Assembly (NCBI GenBank): GCA_018302765.1
Contig: JAGVZG010000003.1
Coordinates: forward strand, 35,969 to 99,968
Direction of reading: 5' to 3'
Length of the DNA stretch: 64,000 bases
Source: Candidatus Woesearchaeota archaeon
Lineage (GTDB): Archaea > Nanobdellota > Nanobdellia > SCGC-AAA011-G17 > GW2011-AR18
In this document: piece after piece, positions 47,993-57,410 of the stretch
How the letters are laid out: the number at the start of each line of letters is the position of its first letter
How positions within the stretch are numbered: position 1 is the first letter of the stretch
Notes under the pieces: model-generated
Databases searched by the model: none
What the model was told of the DNA's origin: nothing
Seen by the model: the letters and a program-made list of their open reading frames with translations, nothing else
Translations under genes and position numbers: made by a program

Positions 47993-48979
47993 ATGGAAAA
48001 GCAAGAGGTAAAGAAGTATCTAATAGTAGCAATTCTTCTGATAATAGCTTATCTAGCTTATTTAATAATAAAGCCATTTATAGCAGCAATATTAACAAGT
48101 TTTGTTCTTGCTTACTTATTCTTTCCTGTGCACAAAAAATTAACGAAATTAAGCAGAAGCGAGATAATAAGCGCAGCAATAACAACAATATTAGTCATAG
48201 TAGTAACACTTCTACCAACTATATATATCGCAAATTCCCTAGTCAAAGAATCACTAAATATTTACAGGGAAGGACTCATAGATGAAACAACAAAAAAACT
48301 TTCAGAAAGTATAAAAGAAAGCACATTAACTGAAATAATAAATACAACTCTTGATAAACTAATAACATATTCCAAGCAACAAGCAGCAGATTTTATATCA
48401 AAAATACCATCTAAACTATTTGACTTATTAATAACAGTGTACACAACATTTGCATTCCTTCTTCTAGGCAAGAAATTCGTAAATAAAACAAAACTTCTTC
48501 TACCTGTCAAGAAGAAAGATGAATTGATAAGCCACCTAGGTAATACAACTCATGCAATAGTGTATGGTATGTTTGTGACAGCAATAATAGAATTCATTCT
48601 CTCATTAATAGCGTTCAAGATAATAGGCACAAATGCAGCATTGTTACTTGCAATAATAATAGGTTTCCTTGCATTCATCCCGTTCTTAGGTCCAACAGTC
48701 ATATGGATACCATACGCAATAATTGAAATACTAAGAAACAACACAAAAAGTGCAATAGTATTAATTATATTAGGTATAATTTTATTTGTAATAGAAACAT
48801 TTGTAAAGCCTCATATAATAGGTGATCGTTCAAAATTGCATCCTGTAATTATTTTAGTAGGAACATTTGGAGGAATAAAATTATTTGGTTTTATAGGTCT
48901 AGTTATAGGCCCAATACTATTGTCTTCAATACTTGTAATAATAAGAGAATACTATCCAGAAGTTGAAAATGAAATTTAA
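47993..48979 (+). CDS. AI-2E family transporter
   Basis: PFI..., AFIPFLGP, KPHIIG, HPVIILVG.FGG. Confidence 0.88.
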   Translation: MEKQEVKKYLIVAILLIIAYLAYLIIKPFIAAILTSFVLAYLFFPVHKKLTKLSRSEIISAAITTILVIVVTLLPTIYIANSLVKESLNIYREGLIDETTKKLSESIKESTLTEIINTTLDKLITYSKQQAADFISKIPSKLFDLLITVYTTFAFLLLGKKFVNKTKLLLPVKKKDELISHLGNTTHAIVYGMFVTAIIEFILSLIAFKIIGTNAALLLAIIIGFLAFIPFLGPTVIWIPYAIIEILRNNTKSAIVLIILGIILFVIETFVKPHIIGDRSKLHPVIILVGTFGGIKLFGFIGLVIGPILLSSILVIIREYYPEVENEI

Positions 48980-50450
48980 ACCTAAAATACTACAAATAGC
49001 AACGAAGGGACCATTAATAGCAATATTAAACAAAATAGATGTACAGCTGCTAAATCTTTCTGCATTAGATAGAATAAAAATAAAGAAAAAAGAAAAAAGA
49101 AAAGTAGTCGCAATAGACATTGCTTATGGAAAAAAAGAAGTTAGTCCTGGAGAAATTGGCTTGTTTCTGGACGTTGCAGAAGAGCTTAATATAAAAGAAG
49201 ATGATGAAGTTGAAGTTTCTCTAGAATCCAAACCAGAGTCACTCCAGTACATAAAGAAAAAATTAGATAAAAAAGAATTAAGTAAAATAGAAATTGACAA
49301 GATAATAAAAGACCTCTTAGCAAATAAATTAACAGAGATTGAAGCAACTTATTTTGTTGCAGCATGTTATATAAATAAAATGAGCTTGGATGAATCAGCT
49401 TACTTAACAGAAGCAATTGTAAAAAATAGTGGAAGATTAAAATTCAACAAAAAGCCGATAGTGGATAAACACAGTATTGGTGGATTAGCTGGAAATAGAA
49501 CAACGCCAATAATAGTATCTATAGTTGCCGCAGCAGGTTTAACAATACCTAAAACATCTACAAGATCAATAACGTCTCCTTCTGGAACTTCTGATACTAT
49601 GGAAGTCTTAGCTCCGGTTTCACATTCAAAGGAAAAAATTATGGAAATTGTTAAAAAAACAAATGCATGCATGGTTTGGGGCGGCACTCTGGATCTGGCT
49701 TCAGCTGATGATAAATTAATACAACTGGAAAAACCATTAAGCCTGGATCCTGAAGGGTTTTTATTGGCAAGTATACTGGCAAAGAAATCTGCAGTTGATT
49801 CATCTCATATTCTAATAGATATACCGATTGGACGAGAAGCTAAAATAGAAAGCAAGAAAAGAGCAAAAGATCTTGCAAAAAAATTTATAACGCTCGGTAA
49901 AAAACTAAACATGAAGATAAAAGTAATAATTACAGATGGTTCTCAACCAATAGGCAATGGCGTTGGACCCGCTTTGGAAGCAAAAGATATATTATTAATC
50001 CTACAAAATCGAAATGGTCCTGAAGATCTGAAGAAAAAAGCAGTTTACATGGCAGGACTAATTTTCGAGATGGTTGGATACAAAAACGGATACAAAAAAG
50101 CATTGGAAATACTTGAATCTGGCAAGGCATATAAGAAAATGCAGGAAATAATAAAAGAACAAGGTGGCAATCCAAATATACAACCAGAAAATATTAAATT
50201 AGGAATATATCCATATACTTTCAGATCTAGAACTTCAGGAAAAATAAGTTATATTAGCAATAAGCTTATAACAAAATTAGCAAAAAGTGCAGGCGCTCCA
50301 AATAATAAAGGAGCAGGAGTATATCTGCATAAGAAATTAAATACAAAGATAAATGTAAATGAACCTTTATTTACAATATATGCAGAAAGCAAAGACAAAT
50401 TAACATTTGCGTTAAAAGAAAACTTAAACAATGTTATGAAAATAAGTTAA
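48963..50450 (+). CDS. AMP phosphorylase (archaeal thymidine phosphorylase family)
   Basis: N-terminal extension plus DKHSIGG, IPKTSTRSITSPSGTSDTMEVL, LASILAKK, QPIGNGVGPALEA. Confidence 0.9.
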   Translation: MKMKFKPKILQIATKGPLIAILNKIDVQLLNLSALDRIKIKKKEKRKVVAIDIAYGKKEVSPGEIGLFLDVAEELNIKEDDEVEVSLESKPESLQYIKKKLDKKELSKIEIDKIIKDLLANKLTEIEATYFVAACYINKMSLDESAYLTEAIVKNSGRLKFNKKPIVDKHSIGGLAGNRTTPIIVSIVAAAGLTIPKTSTRSITSPSGTSDTMEVLAPVSHSKEKIMEIVKKTNACMVWGGTLDLASADDKLIQLEKPLSLDPEGFLLASILAKKSAVDSSHILIDIPIGREAKIESKKRAKDLAKKFITLGKKLNMKIKVIITDGSQPIGNGVGPALEAKDILLILQNRNGPEDLKKKAVYMAGLIFEMVGYKNGYKKALEILESGKAYKKMQEIIKEQGGNPNIQPENIKLGIYPYTFRSRTSGKISYISNKLITKLAKSAGAPNNKGAGVYLHKKLNTKINVNEPLFTIYAESKDKLTFALKENLNNVMKIS

Positions 50451-50455
50451 TAATC

Positions 50456-51375
50456 TTATCGTTCATCAGAACGAACATATCTATTACACTCAATCACTGC
50501 AACCCTTCCATTATCAGATAAACCAACATTAGCAGGAAGTGCAGGAATATTAACTCCAACAAACTGACCACTATATCGTAGACTATAGCTGCCATCAAGA
50601 CATTCACTGTCCCCGTTAAGATATAACAAATAGCCTTGTGGTTGTTCTGGATTAAAGTCTTCGCTTCCAAACCTGTTTTTTACTCTAGTCTTTTTTCTAG
50701 AATCTGCATGATCATACATTTTTCTTACAAGTTCCTGTGCAGGAATTATTCCGCCAGCATAGGCTATAACTTGTGAATCACTAACTTTTCCATTTTCATA
50801 AACTAACATTCTTATAGGGCCATAGCCACTTTCTGTCCTTCTTGCAAGATTTAATGTCCTAACAACGTAATAATTTTGAAAATTACTAGGAGCACCTTCT
50901 CTTAAAAATTTCTCATAACCTAAAACAGGAACTTTCACCCCATTTGGCAATGTACTTTCATTAAGTAAAACATCTACAACACTATAACCAATAAATCATC
51001 AAGTATAACAGCGCCTGTTTTATTTAGTCCTATCTCCCTTTCTTTATTAGTGTCACCCTTACATAAATCTAAAGCCCTTCTAGTAACTTCAGGAGTCAAA
51101 ACACCCCAACCCTGTCTCCCACCATGGCCTGTCAAAACAACTGTTTCTCCCCTACTTGTATATTTGCCGTATCGATCAACCCCAACAATCTCCTCACTAT
51201 TAGCAATAAGATATTTAACATGGGGATATCTTCTTAATAATAAAGGCAGAGGAGCAACAAACCTATCGCCGCCAGAATAGTATTCACTAACTTCAGCCTG
51301 GGCAGCAGGAAGATCCTCACTGCCAAAACTGTCGCCTTTAACTTCATCTACAGTAACTGGTATTCTATTTATCAT
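50456..51375 (-). pseudogene. Single ~305-aa gene split by a 1-nt frameshift near 50990; C-terminus resembles DPANN DGR target (CLec-like) proteins
   Basis: Track ORFs 50974-51375 and 50456-50950 join if one T is added (LDD-FIGYSVVDVLLNESTLPNG); C-terminal PQGYLLYL...LDG...L...GQFVGV. Confidence 0.55.
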
Positions 51376-51389
51376 CTTAATAAAATCTT

Positions 51390-51415
51390 AACACCAATAT
51401 ATAAAAGTTGGTATT
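51390..51415 (-). promoter_or_regulatory. TATA box bracketed by an imperfect inverted repeat
   Basis: Minus strand AATACCAA-CTTTTATATA-TTGGTGTT ending 15 nt before the ATG at 51375. Confidence 0.4.
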
Positions 51416-51460
51416 TATAATGCTTTCAATTTATTTATTACTACAGAGTAACACTCAAAA

Positions 51461-52312
51461 TCAGTAAAGTATTCTGTAAAATACGTCAAATATGTTTTCA
51501 TCTGTGCCAACAACATAAAAACCTGCCTTTACCTTCTTGCACTCATTAAGTATTTTGCCTTGGTGCATTTCAAGCTGCTGAAAATATTTTTTCCTCAAAT
51601 AAGGATCTATAAAAGTATGTAGCCTAGCATCAGATTCTAAATCTATTAAATCAAAATCACCTTCTATATCTAAACTTCTTTCCAGATGATCAAGAACTTG
51701 AATTAACATTATCCTATTTTTCTTATATCTATGTAAAATATTCCTAATCTGCTCTGCATCATAAAAAAAATCAGATATAATTACAACTAGAGCACGAGAA
51801 CTTATCAGCTGCCTGTACTTAAGTAAAGACTTCTCAAAACTGCTAACTCCAGTGGCTTTTTTGCTATTAAGATAATTTAACATAGCAGCTATTTGCCCAA
51901 CTCCTCTTTTAGGTCTGAAGAAATCTAACTTATCATCAAAAGTTGTTAAAACAAACTTTTCATTATTTCTCAAAGCTATATGGGCAAAGCCCAGTCCTAT
52001 CATGGAAGCATATTCAAATTTCTTAACTTTGCTGCCAAAATCCATGCTGCCACTAAAATCAATTACAATATGAACTGTTAAATTTCTATCTTCTTCATAT
52101 CTCTTAACAAACAACTTGTCAGTCTTTGCATACACCTTCCAGTCTATATGTTTAAAATCATCGCCAAACACATAAGGAGAATGATCTTTAAATATCAAGC
52201 CTGAACCTGCAGATTCAGATCTTCTTTCGCCGACAAAACTAGAAGTTATTTTCTTATTTATTACTAAATCAAATCTGTCAAGCTGTTTAAGAAAATCAGT
52301 TCTTATAGCCAT
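51461..52312 (-). CDS. DUF58 protein (MoxR-associated, vWA-like)
   Basis: FKDHSPYVFGDDFKHIDWK, FVKRYEE, DFSGSM, IISDF. Confidence 0.9.
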   Translation of the reverse strand: MAIRTDFLKQLDRFDLVINKKITSSFVGERRSESAGSGLIFKDHSPYVFGDDFKHIDWKVYAKTDKLFVKRYEEDRNLTVHIVIDFSGSMDFGSKVKKFEYASMIGLGFAHIALRNNEKFVLTTFDDKLDFFRPKRGVGQIAAMLNYLNSKKATGVSSFEKSLLKYRQLISSRALVVIISDFFYDAEQIRNILHRYKKNRIMLIQVLDHLERSLDIEGDFDLIDLESDARLHTFIDPYLRKKYFQQLEMHQGKILNECKKVKAGFYVVGTDENIFDVFYRILY

Positions 52313-52352
52313 TAAAATAAGAGATTAATATTACTTAATAAAAGTTGTCAAT

Positions 52353-53624
52353 TTATTTTTTCTTAATTTTATTAACAAAGTGTTTATAAGAAATAAATCC
52401 TAATTTTTCTTTTTCAGGAAGGATACAAATATTCATGTGATTATTAAATAATTCAAGAAATTCTTTTTTAGTTAATTCCAGATTGTGATTTTTGGAAATA
52501 AAATTATTTAATTTATTTGAACATATTTCTCTTTGCTTGGGATGAAAGTAACATTTTCTGAAGCAATGGACTTTTTTGTATTCTTTTATATGATAAATTA
52601 TATTTTTCTTTTTATTCTGATGTTTAATGCTCGCAAGAATGCAGTTTATTTCATTATAGGTTAAGAATTATCGTTTAATCTTATTTTTATTTCTTTAAGT
52701 GTGTCATTGTGGCTGTAAATTTTAGCTAAGATTTTCAATATTTTTGCTTTAGGCAAAACTTTCCAGACATTCAACTGTCCGTATTCGATCAATTTAGAAA
52801 TATGATCCCAAACAGTATTTTCCTTGACATTTCTTTGCTCTGTAATCTGCTTAACACTTAGTCCTTTCTTTAATAATTGCAAAGTCTTCTGTGAAGTAAA
52901 TTGATGATAACTTTCTTCTAATTTTTTTACAAAATTCTCATGCTTCTTTATATTCTCAATTTCATTATTCTTGTCAAAAGGAAAATAACTATTAAACAGC
53001 CTTGTTATGTGTCTTCTGTATTTGTAAGTATCTGCATGGGAGACATAGGTAATCCAGCCCTCAAATATTTCAACTATTTTTTCTCTTTTAAATAAACCAT
53101 TAATGTATTCTTGTTTCAATTTAATAAACATTTTTTCAAACCTCTGAACCTTCTTCTTTCTTAGTAGTTTATGGTAATAATAAATTCTAAATCCTAGAAA
53201 ATTTATCCCGTTGTCTAATTTAATTATTTTGGATTTATCAGGATGCAGTTTAATCTTTAGTTTATCATTTAAAAAATTGTTTATTAATTTTTTATATAAT
53301 CTTAAGAGTTTCTTATTCTCATGAAGAATTACAAAGTCATCAACATACCTTACGTAATATTTTATTTTTAACTTATGCTTGACAAACTGGTCTAGTTCAT
53401 TGAGATAAACATTGGCAAAGAACTGGGAAGTTAAATTCCCTAAAGGCATGCCAATTGTGCCGCGCCCCCCCCCACGTGTCGAGCGTACTGTGATTTTCAA
53501 GTATTTTTCTTATAAGCTCTAAAACACGGCTGTCATTTATCTTTTTTTTAAGAATAGAAATAAGTATCTCATGATCTACAGTTTCAAAATAATGTTTTAT
53601 ATCTGATTTAAAAAGAATATAAAT
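52353..53624 (-). pseudogene. Decayed DGR-type reverse transcriptase with C-terminal HTH and Cys/His-rich domain
   Basis: Three frames: KSDIKHYFETVDHEIL (about 53610-53475), GMPLGNLTSQFFANVYL and YVRYVDDF (track ORF 52661-53500), and an open 103-codon tail 52664-52353; RT domains 1-2 are missing. Confidence 0.85.
53465..53473 (-). repeat. G9 homopolymer inside the RT gene at the frameshift point
   Basis: Minus strand ACACGT-GGGGGGGGG-CGCGG; G8 or G11 restores the reading frame. Confidence 0.9.
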
Positions 53625-56183
53625 TCATTTCTTCAATAAAGATTTAATCACATCATCTTCACTCATGTTCTGCCTTTCAGCTTCAAAACTCAGTATTATT
53701 CTGTGCCTTAAAACAGGATAAGCCATTGTTTGTATATCTTCTTTACTTACATACTTCCTTCCATTCATTAAAGCTCTTGCCTTTCCAGCCATAATTAAAG
53801 ATATGCTTGCTCTTGGGCTCGCACCATATTCAATTAAGTCTTTCTTATTTCTTGTAGAAGTTACCAACTCAACAGCATACTTTTTTATATCATTAGCAAT
53901 AGGCACTTGCCTAACTAATTTCTGTAAATTAATAATCTCAGCAGCATTAAATATTTTCCTTACTTTTATATCTTCAAAAGTTAATTCAGTAAATCTATCT
54001 ACAATTTTCAGCTCGTCATCCAATTTAGGATAACCAATATTTATTTTAAATAAAAATCTATCAATTTGTGCTTCACTCAATTTAAAGACGCCCTCTTGTT
54101 CAATTGGGTTACCAGTAGCTAAAACAAAAAAAGGCTCTTCCAATTTATAAGTAGAACTACCAACAGTAACTTGCTTCTCCTGCATAGCTTCTAAAATTGC
54201 AGAATGCGTATTATGAGCAATTATTCCACCAGTACCGGCAACAAAAGAATGATTATTTTCTATCGTAAAATCATATAAATAATAATCTTCCTTTGGCTGT
54301 ATTATATCAATATTTTGAACAAAATCCACATAAAAATCTCCATATAAAAAAGACAAATCATATTTTTCTAAATCATAACCTTTCGCATTTAATTTAGAAA
54401 AAATATCAATCAAAATAGCCCTGCTATGTTTAGCTCGATTTTTTGGATTTTCTAAATTATGTGCATGCATACCTGTAATATTATAAAAATTAGAATGAGT
54501 TATATGAAATTCTTTTCGAATTTTCCTTAATAGACTATGCATACCGGGGAGACCGTCATTAAATTTATTAGTTATTCTATTAGTAAGTTTAATTAAATTA
54601 TCAGACTTAGTTTTTCCAAAAAACCCTATTTTATTAGCGAATTCATTAACAAAGGAACCATATATGGCTAAAACATAATAATGTTCTAAATTACCATTTA
54701 CTTTTCTACTTTCTTTTTTTATTCTACTTACTATACCAAATCTTAATAACATATAAGAAATTTTATTTATAACATCTAAACTTTTACTTGTTACATTAAT
54801 TGACTCATCTTTGACACAACCATCTCCTTCATAATACATTCGCAAGAATTCTTTAATTACATTATTATTAGCTTTTAATATAAATTCCGGTATAATTTTA
54901 GTCCCTGAAAGGGCTTCTATATTATAACCCATTACTGTAAGTATCTTATTCAAAGTTTTAGAATTAATTACTATTATTTTTTTACCATTCTTAGATTGAT
55001 AGATATTTTTATTATAACCAAACAATTTTAATAATAATTTTTGGAAATAATCAATTAATTTATGATCTTTCATATCTATAGATAACTCTCTACCATTATG
55101 ATAACCTTCAGAAATCAATAATCCAAAGAAATGTGCTAATTCTATAGTTACAACTCTTGGAAATTTTAAGTGTTTTACTTGACCAAATTGTTTTGCATTA
55201 ATAAAAAAAGAATCCTTTTGAATTTTAAAATTAAGATATGTGGGTTTCCGCCTAAATAAAGAGATAATTAAATTTTTATCATAATTATCTACATTAAGAA
55301 ATTTTATTATTTGTGTCAGGGTGTACTTGCTTTTTAATTTAACAACTTTATTAAATAACTTCCTCCTCCTCTCTATTTCAACTTTAACTTTATCACTTTC
55401 TTCAAAGTTTTCCTTAGAATACCTTATTTTATTGCTTCCTTTACTATAAGGCAAATATCTTGGGACAAGAACATTCATGCCTATTTTTAATGAATCAGCC
55501 TTTACAGTACTTATCTTTGTATCATTAAATGAAAAAAATGGATGTACTGGTGAAGTCTTTATTTTTCTTCCAGATTTTAGTTCTACTTCATATAATGGAG
55601 CATCTGTCTTCTGTTTATACAAATACTTAACAGGTTTCAATTCAATTTTACAATTTTTAGGATTAAATGAAGGAACTAAAAAATTCTCCTTAGGAACAAT
55701 AAATTCTTCATCCCTTCCTACAGGAATGTGTGCTTTACCATTGTATTGTTTAAATATATTTTCCATAGTTAATATTCTACCGTCACCAAGAGCAACACTT
55801 GTATCACCAGATAAGCACTTAGGAGTTGCCCTGTTAACTTCGTCTACTAAAACAACGTTTGCAAAAATAGGCCCAGGTTGAAATTTCAACTCTCTTTTTC
55901 CTTTGCTGTCGTCAATAACGTAAGTTCCGGTTATATCGCTAGGTAATAAATCAGGAGTGCCTTGGATTCTGCTAAATGTTAAATCCATTATATTTGACAA
56001 AGTCTTGACAAAAGTAGTCTTTGCTAAACCAGGGTAGCCTTCAACAAACACATGGCCATTACAAAGTAAAGCAGCCATTGCCTGTTCCATTACATCTTGC
56101 TGCCCTACCATAACTTTATCAATTTCAGAAAAAGCAACTTTAAACCTTTTTTGTAGCTCATCCATACTAACCATATTAATCAC
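53625..56183 (-). CDS. MoxR family AAA+ ATPase precursor containing an intein
   Basis: EGYPGLAKT Walker A, RIQGTPDLLPSDITG, DEVNRATPK | THSAILEAMQE, FFVLATGNPIEQEG, DRF, GASPRA. Confidence 0.93.
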   Translation of the reverse strand: MINMVSMDELQKRFKVAFSEIDKVMVGQQDVMEQAMAALLCNGHVFVEGYPGLAKTTFVKTLSNIMDLTFSRIQGTPDLLPSDITGTYVIDDSKGKRELKFQPGPIFANVVLVDEVNRATPKCLSGDTSVALGDGRILTMENIFKQYNGKAHIPVGRDEEFIVPKENFLVPSFNPKNCKIELKPVKYLYKQKTDAPLYEVELKSGRKIKTSPVHPFFSFNDTKISTVKADSLKIGMNVLVPRYLPYSKGSNKIRYSKENFEESDKVKVEIERRRKLFNKVVKLKSKYTLTQIIKFLNVDNYDKNLIISLFRRKPTYLNFKIQKDSFFINAKQFGQVKHLKFPRVVTIELAHFFGLLISEGYHNGRELSIDMKDHKLIDYFQKLLLKLFGYNKNIYQSKNGKKIIVINSKTLNKILTVMGYNIEALSGTKIIPEFILKANNNVIKEFLRMYYEGDGCVKDESINVTSKSLDVINKISYMLLRFGIVSRIKKESRKVNGNLEHYYVLAIYGSFVNEFANKIGFFGKTKSDNLIKLTNRITNKFNDGLPGMHSLLRKIRKEFHITHSNFYNITGMHAHNLENPKNRAKHSRAILIDIFSKLNAKGYDLEKYDLSFLYGDFYVDFVQNIDIIQPKEDYYLYDFTIENNHSFVAGTGGIIAHNTHSAILEAMQEKQVTVGSSTYKLEEPFFVLATGNPIEQEGVFKLSEAQIDRFLFKINIGYPKLDDELKIVDRFTELTFEDIKVRKIFNAAEIINLQKLVRQVPIANDIKKYAVELVTSTRNKKDLIEYGASPRASISLIMAGKARALMNGRKYVSKEDIQTMAYPVLRHRIILSFEAERQNMSEDDVIKSLLKK
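54210..55817 (-). mobile_element. 536-aa intein with LAGLIDADG homing endonuclease
   Basis: N-terminal CLSGDT, C-terminal YDFTIENNHSFVA..GIIAHN, +1 Thr; LLISEG and YYEGDG endonuclease blocks; removal leaves a 316-aa MoxR. Confidence 0.92.
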
Positions 56184-56965
56184 CTGCTTATTTGCTCAAA
56201 ATAATTTTTAACTAGCTTTTGGTTCTCCTTTGCAATTCTATCATTATAAGCTACATCATAACTTGTATATATCTCTTTTGGAAATATAGGGGCATTAAAA
56301 TCTTCCTTGCTAACTTGCTTTATATTATTTAAGTCAGCATCACTTTCTAAAGGCCTTATTATTAAACTTAATTCTTTAACTCCTAGTTTAGCTATAGACC
56401 TATTTCCAAGTATATCATCTAAGTTACCCTCAACATAACTCAAATTCAAATCCACAACATCTTGGCCAGCAAGTCTGATGTCAGTACTTCTAAAAGGAAT
56501 TACATTTCCAAGATTGAAATCAAAACTGACATTTAAAAAAGATGCAATTATAACTAATATTGATAATATTGTTAATAACAGCATCCTTATAGTTATACCA
56601 CTATAATCTATAAAATAAGCCATTCTGACTTTATTAATGTCCTTAAGAACATCTTCCTTCAAAGAATCTAAAATAGGATTAGTTCTATTGACATTATCAG
56701 CTACAGTTCTAAGTCTTTCATTAAGCTCAGGAACCTTATTCTCAACAACTGCATATTTATTCTTATAAATCACTCTGAAAATACTAAATCCCAAAAATAA
56801 CAATGAAGGAAGCAAAGCATAATAAATGCTAAAATCAAATATAACAGCAAACAAAAAAACAAAAACAAAAACAATAAGACTGTTCACAAGAGTGCTGCCT
56901 ACGTCTAATAAAGTAACATTTGTTTCCAGATCTTCCAAAACTTTACTAACAATTGGTGCCGCCAT
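56180..56965 (-). CDS. Hypothetical membrane protein of the vWA-MoxR operon
   Basis: Three predicted TMs; overlaps both neighbours. Confidence 0.65.
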   Translation of the reverse strand: MAAPIVSKVLEDLETNVTLLDVGSTLVNSLIVFVFVFLFAVIFDFSIYYALLPSLLFLGFSIFRVIYKNKYAVVENKVPELNERLRTVADNVNRTNPILDSLKEDVLKDINKVRMAYFIDYSGITIRMLLLTILSILVIIASFLNVSFDFNLGNVIPFRSTDIRLAGQDVVDLNLSYVEGNLDDILGNRSIAKLGVKELSLIIRPLESDADLNNIKQVSKEDFNAPIFPKEIYTSYDVAYNDRIAKENQKLVKNYFEQISR

Positions 56966-57395
56966 TCTTAAAACAGTTTATCCTCTTATCCAATTTTGTT
57001 ATTTTACTCTCTAAGTCTTCTATCTCCTCTTCCAGAGAATCAACTTTAAGTGTTAATGAATTAATTTTTTTATCACGTTGTGCAACATCTGCATTAAGTT
57101 TGTTAACCTGTGCATCTAAAGAATCTCTCTCATTTTTCAAAGTCTTATATTTGTCTCTTAAATCTGCTTCTTTTATATTTTTTAATTCAAGATCAGTAAT
57201 AGTCTTATTTAACTGCTTTTGAGTGCCTGTCAGGTTTTCAAATGTAGAGTTAAGTTCTGCAACCTTCTGCTGGTATTTTGTATTTATTTCTTCAAAATTT
57301 CTGCTAAATACTACTAAAAGCGAAACCATACATACTAACAGCAGAACTACTAATAAAAATACTTTAACTGTTAATTTATCTTTTATAAAATACAT
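56946..57395 (-). CDS. Membrane-anchored coiled-coil protein
   Basis: N-terminal TM, heptad-rich body, terminal C...C. Confidence 0.7.
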   Translation of the reverse strand: MYFIKDKLTVKVFLLVVLLLVCMVSLLVVFSRNFEEINTKYQQKVAELNSTFENLTGTQKQLNKTITDLELKNIKEADLRDKYKTLKNERDSLDAQVNKLNADVAQRDKKINSLTLKVDSLEEEIEDLESKITKLDKRINCFKNGGTNC

Positions 57396-57410
57396 AATAT
57401 TACCTCTTGA

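Noticed and set aside
50456-51375. Two independent hypothetical genes
   Set aside because: Coding-like sequence continues across the gap in the second frame and a single-base change fuses them
52313-52660. Candidate DGR template repeat next to the RT
   Set aside because: No AAC/AAT-rich copy of the putative VR; the region is instead the frameshifted RT C-terminus plus the DUF58 promoter
53609-53628. ATG overlapping the moxR stop (MNLYSF*) as RT start, or TGA read-through giving a MoxR-RT fusion
   Set aside because: The frame stops after 6 codons, and even with recoding RT domains 1-2 would be missing; NLYS resembles RT N-termini but is too short to support a claim
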